The notes beneath the pieces were generated by a model. The model worked only from the letters and a program-made list of their open reading frames with translations. It made no database searches and was not told the DNA's origin. This document shows positions 59,501-64,000 of a DNA stretch of 64,000 nt, piece by piece. The DNA lies in the NCBI GenBank assembly GCA_054600435.1, contig BAAIJX010000021.1, positions 186,001-250,000 on the forward strand, read 5' to 3'. Position numbers and translations under genes: made by a program. Every line of letters starts with the position of its first letter. Positions within the stretch are counted from its first letter, which is position 1. This DNA is from Neophaeotheca triangularis (taxonomy: Eukaryota).

Positions 59501-62456
59501 TCAAGCTCGGCAGCACGAGATGTGGCTTTGCATCGCACATCATCTTGATCACCGCGGTTGCTTTACCGAAGAAGTGGAACGCCGTCAAGTCCGACGACTG
59601 ACTCGGCGAGCATAAGAGATCCATGAGCAGCTCGGCTCCACCCTTCTCGCAAAAAGAAGCGGTCATCGATGCGTTGCTGAAGAAACCAGCCAGAAACTTG
59701 AAACAGGCGCTTATGTAGGGCGTGGCAGTAACGCGATCAGCCTCTCTCTCGTCCAGGTCAGCACCGAGGATAGCCTTGTTCTCGGCGTTGTCGCTGCGCT
59801 CAGCAGGCCAGTTGGAAAGTGCTTCACTGCCACCAGAGGCCTCGAAGCCTTGTTTTGTGCGCAGCCAAAGTTTTGCGCCAACCTTGTTGTGCTCAGCGTG
59901 CAGTTGACAAAGCGAAACGATGCGTCGAACCATGGCCACCACTGATGACATAATCACCTCCTTCAATTGGGGGTGATGCCTAGACAACTCATCGAAAGCC
60001 TGACCAATCGCACCAGCCGCCGATGACCCGTCCTCTTCCATAGCGCGGACATGGACTGGTGACAAGAACGTTCCCAGGAACTTGTTGAGAGCTCCAGAAG
60101 CCTTGAACATCTTCATACCTCCTTCATTGAGGCAAATTGCGCCAAAGATGCCTGGGATCTCGACCATGGTCTCGCCGACGGGCAGAATGCCGGGAAACGA
60201 AGGGTACTCAAGGTTGCCGTTGGCGACTGATACTGCCGGAAGGGTCGCCTCGGCGTCGGGAATGAACTCTGAGTCTTCAGGGAGATCGGTCGGTAGTGGT
60301 TCATGAGTAATGGTCTCCAAGATTGCTGTGCTAAGGCCAGCCTCCGCAATGACTTGATAGCTTGTGGGTTCATTGTGGATGAAGCTCGTGACAATCGTTA
60401 CTGCGCCGCCCCAGACATTCGAGCCGAAAACTTGAGCGTTGCTAATCACCGAGCGCAAACCATTCAGGAGTGGAGGAGAGTCAATCAAATTCCTGAGGAG
60501 GCGATCGTGGACACCGGTACCGTGCTCAAACATGTGGATGATAAATCTGAACAGTTGACGCAGAGTCGCTTGACGGTGGAAGGTGATTGTGTAGTCGACA
60601 ACCTTGCTCTTGACTTTGTCGTCAAGACCGCGGCCGTTGTTGATGTCCTCTAGAGCGCCCTCCACTTCATACCCAGTCAAATTCGCAATCGCATCGAAAC
60701 CCTTGACGGTCGAAAGGTTTTGAAAAGCGTGTTGAATGCCATGAATGAAGCTATCAAACAGCCCAATCACTCTTTCGTAGAAGCGCTCCGCGCGTGTCGT
60801 TCTCAGGTTGAGAACCTCGACTAGGATACCCATGATACCAGCGGCCACCATCTTATCGGCCTGTCGCGCACCAGCATTACTGTTGGTCAAGGCGTTGACG
60901 AGGTCAAAAGTCGCATCTCGCCACTCAATCTCGCCGAGCTCTTTTTGCCTATCAGCATGCTCTTCCTTGTGGAGAGTGGCGATGGCCTTCCGAAGCTCGT
61001 AATACAGAACACCATGGTTCACGGCGATCGAAAGCGCGTCCGAAACTTCGTGGGTCTTGTGTTTCACTTTCGTCAAAGCTTCAAGTGTCTGCAAAACTGT
61101 CGTCTCCGCCTCCAGTGAAAGCTGTGCCTGGCCGTCCTTGGGAGGCTGAAGCAAATCACAGAGTTGTTGCGCCAGGTGAAACTGCTTGGGCTCTTCTGCA
61201 TCGGGAGTGCCGACCTTCTCTTGGAATTTCGAATCACCCAGAGCGTATGCAAGGTTGGCCACTGCCAACAAACGAGTTTCGACCAGCGGTTGCGCAAATC
61301 TTGCAGGCTCTGAAAATGCTTTGGCAATTCGCACGCGATTCAGCACTTCGTACTGCGTCTCTATAGGTAGAGTTGCAACTGCCTCCTTCATGAGCGCCCA
61401 GGCCGGAGTGTTGGCCAATTTGGCAGATGAGATCTTGTAGGTTTTGGGTGCGCTAGATGACGCGCCTTCTTGAGAGCGCTGCTTGACGGGAGTTTCGGGT
61501 TGCTCGTTGTTGTTTGTAGCGCGGTCGCCAACACCGGAGCGCTGGCTCGCAGGCACCAAATTCGACCTTTGCCTAGCCAAAGTTGGTGTACCTGGCGTCG
61601 AGGGTGCAGCCTCATGTACCTGTGCCGCCACTGACGATGCTTGGTCGTAGTAGGTCACGGCAACTGCAGCGAGATCGGCCTTGGATGCTACCGCCTCGGG
61701 CTCCTTAGCGATTTGTACGAGATCGGACATGTTGAGCGCGATTGCTTGAACTCCTTTTTCTTTCTCTTTGCCTTTGCCGGGTGTGGCCAATGGAGCGGCT
61801 TGGGCCATCTGCGGTCTAGGGAAAGGCATTGCAAGCTTTTGGAGATTGTCGATGCTGAAGTTGTAGTGGTTTGCGAGGAGTGCCGCAGAGTTCTGTGGCG
61901 AGTTGTTCTTATACCGCGCCACCTGGTACCGTTGAGCCAGTCGTAGTCCGAGGCGCAGGCACGACCTCAAAAGTGAAAGTGAAGTCGTGCGAAGCAGATA
62001 GTCGATGTGTCCGCTGCTTGCATATAGACTCCTGTTTCCGCAATGCTCGAGCAGTATCCTCGTAAAGTGCACCAGTGTCTCTATGAGCTCCCTGTCGCCC
62101 TCTACCGAATATCCGAGAGTGTCAAGTTCTTGCTCTTTTGACCCAACACCAGGGTACGGCGTGCCTTGCTCCGCATCGCCTTTGATGAGTAGACGGCGCT
62201 CAAACGGCTGCGTCTGCGGACCTTGGGTGAGTGCATATTCCTGGGTGAAAAGTTCGAGAACGTGGTCGAATCGATCGAGAAGTGGGATCCAGTGGTAAAG
62301 ATCGCCTCTGGGGAAGGGCCAGTTTTGTGGAAATGATTTCAGCAATTGGGGTAGTAGGTGTAGCGGCGTGGTTGTCGTTTCTTCGACAAATTGGGAGATG
62401 GCGGGAGAGACTGTGGCGGAATGACGCTCCGTGGGCGTCTTCTTGATTTTCCCCAT
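50556..62456 (-). CDS. TOM1: HECT E3 ubiquitin ligase TOM1/HUWE1 (3966 aa, single exon)
   Basis: MGKIKK start, WPFPRGDLYHWIP, NRSLYASS, acidic tract, repeated FLEALP motifs, GEEGVDAGG, QFVTGTSKVP, catalytic SHTCFNQLDLPEY. Confidence 0.97.
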   Translation of the reverse strand: MGKIKKTPTERHSATVSPAISQFVEETTTTPLHLLPQLLKSFPQNWPFPRGDLYHWIPLLDRFDHVLELFTQEYALTQGPQTQPFERRLLIKGDAEQGTPYPGVGSKEQELDTLGYSVEGDRELIETLVHFTRILLEHCGNRSLYASSGHIDYLLRTTSLSLLRSCLRLGLRLAQRYQVARYKNNSPQNSAALLANHYNFSIDNLQKLAMPFPRPQMAQAAPLATPGKGKEKEKGVQAIALNMSDLVQIAKEPEAVASKADLAAVAVTYYDQASSVAAQVHEAAPSTPGTPTLARQRSNLVPASQRSGVGDRATNNNEQPETPVKQRSQEGASSSAPKTYKISSAKLANTPAWALMKEAVATLPIETQYEVLNRVRIAKAFSEPARFAQPLVETRLLAVANLAYALGDSKFQEKVGTPDAEEPKQFHLAQQLCDLLQPPKDGQAQLSLEAETTVLQTLEALTKVKHKTHEVSDALSIAVNHGVLYYELRKAIATLHKEEHADRQKELGEIEWRDATFDLVNALTNSNAGARQADKMVAAGIMGILVEVLNLRTTRAERFYERVIGLFDSFIHGIQHAFQNLSTVKGFDAIANLTGYEVEGALEDINNGRGLDDKVKSKVVDYTITFHRQATLRQLFRFIIHMFEHGTGVHDRLLRNLIDSPPLLNGLRSVISNAQVFGSNVWGGAVTIVTSFIHNEPTSYQVIAEAGLSTAILETITHEPLPTDLPEDSEFIPDAEATLPAVSVANGNLEYPSFPGILPVGETMVEIPGIFGAICLNEGGMKMFKASGALNKFLGTFLSPVHVRAMEEDGSSAAGAIGQAFDELSRHHPQLKEVIMSSVVAMVRRIVSLCQLHAEHNKVGAKLWLRTKQGFEASGGSEALSNWPAERSDNAENKAILGADLDEREADRVTATPYISACFKFLAGFFSNASMTASFCEKGGAELLMDLLCSPSQSSDLTAFHFFGKATAVIKMMCDAKPHLVLPSLTQRAQIALRQLKPLMNEQRASGFFDKYCDMSQILDSSATDDNGSTIVKSLRVAHVLALVLGKSIGSTPQQAYSRAQPFSQLFLAVNFADVYVELVDDYSRLHATCLREDLLLQTGKPDDWKDATRPRQTQARRIDANGFVQPWGAQTNRDGSNGDSNATASRPKDDPAQAPDAAGFSFKNGRTARYLLTQTPVAVETFFQSLGQALLPKRIQEPQKQSYMAVAERIANAAVWELGRPGLDALQGVDRMKYLVHVLSSCTRMLLRSSSSMMDTYGQRDASPLLLSKFYAAGGLDKLSEHLSECVEKLRPGNPVLEQNEQDLAKEAANTVLRFFANIARFQFIQGDQFQVGAMLNKEVASPDYWTPGQFVVEIRLSVLKAMHALWQSDSISSLPTEQARIIVDTLRVILQAEGERDALKRSSHARRRLPARKHDAASRTDHLETLEAQGFPHDLAMEAIHRCNYDKDRALEYCRLRQSISAIPRYPAPSSSERSASASAAPAASGNPLERQISVDMSDAEDTVTRTTTTSSSSDQDAGTLGSLPADMAANVSEAMATLDASGGVRAATGLSSTAKDDTRQGELYPTVDDLNDQRKELRSDLVDRCLDVLSSHPSMTFELSDLIQGAVADNVEGATQRTEIGRTLVSSLVSLGMDEGAEAGRKIYAYAHLVAIILQDNEFFLSTLDELKEYFDQLVGWVELQPQQKAEDAPWLEMILVIIERVLSEDEQPAEVKWETPPPDDPLRPLPEVQKPELIVSAELRNRLFRGLVDVLPKINKNSPLAISVCRVLTILTRRRELAQLLGQKQNLGRLFTMIRQVSCAQPPGNGPDKLHGCFLLIVRHMIEDEQMLRQIMTTEIRASFEGHRSRNMDTTSYTRNLYHLVLRDPDIFVDVTKDLVEVARFDGQSQRAQSLALKKTQPSADTAGKAAEEGKDQQAAATEQAAPSVEDISDSLKLAEPKAPFVETSDGVINFLLGELSKYKDAEDPDPRGMTSPKSNEQKTSTGDSSNDVEMADANSGTGTTPGSAAAPAPPEAGAASPGKKEFNPEQHTIFIYRCFVLQCLSELLACYDRTKIEFINFSRKSDSQPATPSKPRAGTINYLLNQLIPIGTLEHRDDVSHRKKAATSNCAITVLVSLCSKTQERLISRPGPAGTNVEDDTDLAFVRKFVLEHALRAFKEAMTSQEPLDSKYSRLLSLGDLFNRMLTGKPDRNFVTFAENFAASQQQLGRLMYEKNFIGALTSSIAELDLNFPNAKRAVKHILSPLKWLTDLAVTLSQTLDLSSSSVGAGTDDDSISSATSLSEDEDEEREHTPDLFRNTTLGMLEAGGNRDDEESDDDEEDDEDEDMYEGDYDEEMEMEYDDEQVAEHGDVVSDEDDEEGMGDVEGMPGDRDMNVEIVMDDDEDDDDDESSDDEDDDDDDEQEFADQMDEITGDDDNASLADREDEGDWEDDGDEYEIDDEGVGSPHGGPLDHIAHVIGAGGAMDEGEDEDVMHVEGDGGNEEYFEDEMGPDGEDEDEEEDYNAENYGNELVYEPEMEDDDDEEGAFGWDDVPPPAIARGGGHHHPHFHHRGFNNLLFGGMGGPGRPPFRGHPNREVPSAGEDENANPLLQRGAGAHPRAREIAVDMPYPRVGRRHPQIGGRLGEEGLLQDLMAVMGPHGQQRLNVAMDPAALGGMGGMPPVFITGGRHGGAGVIDIDPHRFGPPGSRWGVPMPGGSYGSRDMANTDEARAVEFTPTLTINRWQDEAKLVFGNRFLEKSTRVIHALLRHLLPPAMEAKRQHDKAERERRDAEQKARDEELKKAEAERIEREAREKKEREEREAKEAEEAAERARAEAARAHDQPSATQTGAEESEPAEMEGVENTQATEQPAEAANTDPPSERMMYSLRGREVDITHLGIDPGFLEALPEEMRDEVIMSQLAEQGAQAVTAGEEPGEISPEFLEALPPDMQRELLRGEADRRRRRARQDERDRAAEAGVGNAQPPQPEEMSREDFLATLAPGLRQQVLMETDEATLVGLGPDILAEARQYGRPPGMGRMRRAEDLQPLAERANATRAPEDPGREPSKQRRPTVQMLDKAGVATLLRLMFVSLQSKAKSSLHGVLSDVCKNTQNRAEVISILLSILQDGTGDVAAVEKSFAQLSLRAKQLSGPKTPQPVKRSLTGQIMTLGTELSPLNIVQQCLSTLNALANDNPRVPSFFLTEHETFSTQNAKALKKGKGRDTKAAKFPINALLSLIDKKIIIENQGVMETLAAILSRVTNPLTILLKKAKEAQDAANKTQTEERPTTATSDVAMGEAPPAEGAATEQASEEATDAKPSEEKDDAADGSASKKKKHRELEPPEIPEANIRLVVSILAARDCVSKTFSDTLDVIKNMSAIPGAKEVFSKELMNQAQELAQGVLADLEELAKQIKNTDSGTELQGVALANFSTVGSKPRKLLRIITALDYLSDPKRTPSSEKSAAHSQEEAKLREDILAAFQEHPTFEKMWARLSDCLAAIRDRNNMISIATILMPLIECLFVVCRNAIKDEQPAKDGKASLAQSPEATTSVSSPTPEDRPQSIFFQFTSDHRKILNELIRNTPKLMNTSFQILHKNAKVLDFDNKRNYFTRKLHHRGSDQRHPHPSLQLNVRRERVFHDSFKALYYKSPQEIKYGKLNIRFQGEEGVDAGGVSREWFAAMARQMFNPDFALFNPVASDRTTFHPNKLSDVNDEHLVFFKFIGRIIGKALYEGRLLDCHFSRAVYKKLLGIDVNLSDMESLDLDYYKSLDWMWKNDITGVLDDNTFTDENDRFGAVEIVDLKPNGRNIEVTEENKKEYITLINRYRLVDCVKEQLDHFLQGFHEIVPEELIRIFDAKELELLISGLPDIDVDEWKNNTDYSNYTATSPQVQWFWRAVRSFDKEEKAKLLQFVTGTSKVPLNGFKELEGMNGFQKFNIHRDFSNTQRLPTSHTCFNQLDLPEYESYEQLRQQLYTAFTVGNDYFGFA

Positions 62457-64000
62457 CCCGTTGAAGTCGCGCTGAGTACGCCGGAGGGTTTCCTCAATCT
62501 ACGAAGCTTGGTTTGGTGGTGGCAAGTTGAATCATGAGATGCCGACTTTTGTGGAGGTTGAAGGTGTGGTATTGACTCTCGAAGGTTCGACAGTATTCTC
62601 CGTCTGAATGCGCTACCAAAACGCTCGGCGGTGATTGAGAATCGCAGTCACTCGTCTGAGTGTTCGTGGTGAGGGGCGAAGAAATAATAGAGCTTCGCAA
62701 GCGGTGCAGGCGCTTGTTCGACTCTGATGTGGGTGAGTTCGCAGCTTCAGAACTGACTGGGGCCAGTCCGTAGGCAGGAGTAAGAGGTTCTCCGCAAGGT
62801 GATCAGGGCCGCGACTGAAAGCGGCAAGGTTGTGTTTGTTGGAGGGAGGGTGAATAGGTAAGGTGAAGGTGTTGGAAGAGTGAGGTTAATTGCTAAGGTA
62901 CCTAACCTACATACATACATAGTTGTACGGCAGGCAGCTTTGACGAGCGGCCAAAGCACATGTCTTGGCACCTACCTACTGCCTTATGTCATGCGGAGGA
63001 AGCCTCCCGCTCCCGTTACTCTTCCCCGAAAGGAAACACTCGCCGCTGGCCGACTCCGACTTCATCTCCTGACTTCATCCAGGTTAAGGTAGGTACCTAA
63101 TCTTCCACGTATCTTCCATAGCATTGAATATCCTCCACCTACGTTACAAGGTTGCCATCACTGCCTCGTTACCCGATGAACACAACACAGATCTCTGGGA
63201 CTTCCGCTACGAAAGCAGAGCACTCGCTCGTCTGTAAACGTCAAATGCATGCATTCATGATCGGCGAAGCCTCAATAAATCTTATACTGGCACACCCAGG
63301 GATGCGCATACCGAGAGCTTCTGATGGTTTCGCTTTCACGATTGCACGCGCCAGCCTCCCATGGGGGGATTATGACTTTCACTGTTGGCTTGCGTTCCCT
63401 CACAGCGGAGGCTAGCACGACAACTGATAACGTCTCAGTGGAAACGAGGGACAGAGTGTCGCCAAAGTAGACTCGCATAAACATCTCCTCGGTGTGTCAT
63501 GACTTCTTAACGGTCAGCTATACTCTATCTTACCTGTAGCTTGAGCGCTGCCGGTTTCAACAACCTCTTCGGACGTACACTTTTCGCTTTCGACTGAGCT
63601 TCTCGAATGGCAGCATCCGTTTACGGCAGCTCTACCTTTCGAAAGATCAATTCTCCTTCGCCTCGCTAGACCAGCTCCGCACTCGTGAACACGAGTGTTA
63701 CTAAGCAAGTTCAGACTTTTTCTACGTGGTTTTAAGTGAGTGCATGAGTTGCATTGTCTTTTCGAACCAAGAGATCAGTGAATGGAACTGCTACGTATCC
63801 TGCCATTTTTCAGATGAGACGAAAGAGCACTTGTTAGGTGAGCTGCGCCTCTTAGCTTTCATGTGCCCTACCCTGCCGTCCGAAGTATTCTCGATTTTCC
63901 CTGCCCAACTAAGCGCCACATTTTTTACTGGTGAATGCGACTAACACTAACGTAGAGCTGATCGAGATCTTCCCGACATTACCTTCTCCAAGCCGAGGGA

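Noticed and set aside
63100..64000. Splice-like signals on + strand (GTGAGT about 63736, GTGAGC about 63838, CTAAC...TAG about 63955) suggesting a gene start
   Set aside because: Could not assemble a convincing reading frame or product before the window ends; unresolved

Overview
Gene-dense, intron-containing filamentous ascomycete DNA. It is probably a Dothideomycete; this is inferred from gene content, CTRAC-type branch sites and CpA->TpA RIP damage. Host genes, left to right: tRNA-Asp(GTC) with intron, a 72-aa hydrophilic protein, a sugar/polyol oxidoreductase trio (Gfo/Idh/MocA, KduD/IdnO-type SDR, Zn-MDR), a small membrane protein, cytosolic-type LeuRS, a Zn2Cys6 transcription factor, AP-3 sigma, a modular AA11 LPMO, MHF1/CENP-S, a divergent aldo-keto reductase / myo-inositol oxygenase pair, a secreted GMC oxidoreductase, Sec61 alpha, a mitochondrial dicarboxylate carrier, mitochondrial PheRS, an AAA ATPase, a hypothetical membrane protein and an intronless TOM1/HUWE1 HECT ligase. 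An 11-kb nested, RIP-inactivated island (18370-29275) consists of a TA-flanked DD34E Tc1-like transposon carrying an extra ~680-codon cargo ORF, into which a complete chromodomain Ty3/Gypsy element (443-bp LTRs, TACTA TSD) has inserted. Most notable: (1) the Gypsy element carries an antisense third ORF that, once two RIP changes are reverted, has canonical Gal4-type Zn(II)2Cys6 spacing plus a coiled coil; (2) the unexplained Tc1 cargo gene; (3) a split myo-inositol/D-glucuronate/L-idonate catabolic neighbourhood with a candidate for an unassigned step; (4) an inverted, truncated tRNA-Asp relic facing the intact tRNA. All alignments and translations outside the supplied ORF track were done by eye; no database searches were run.
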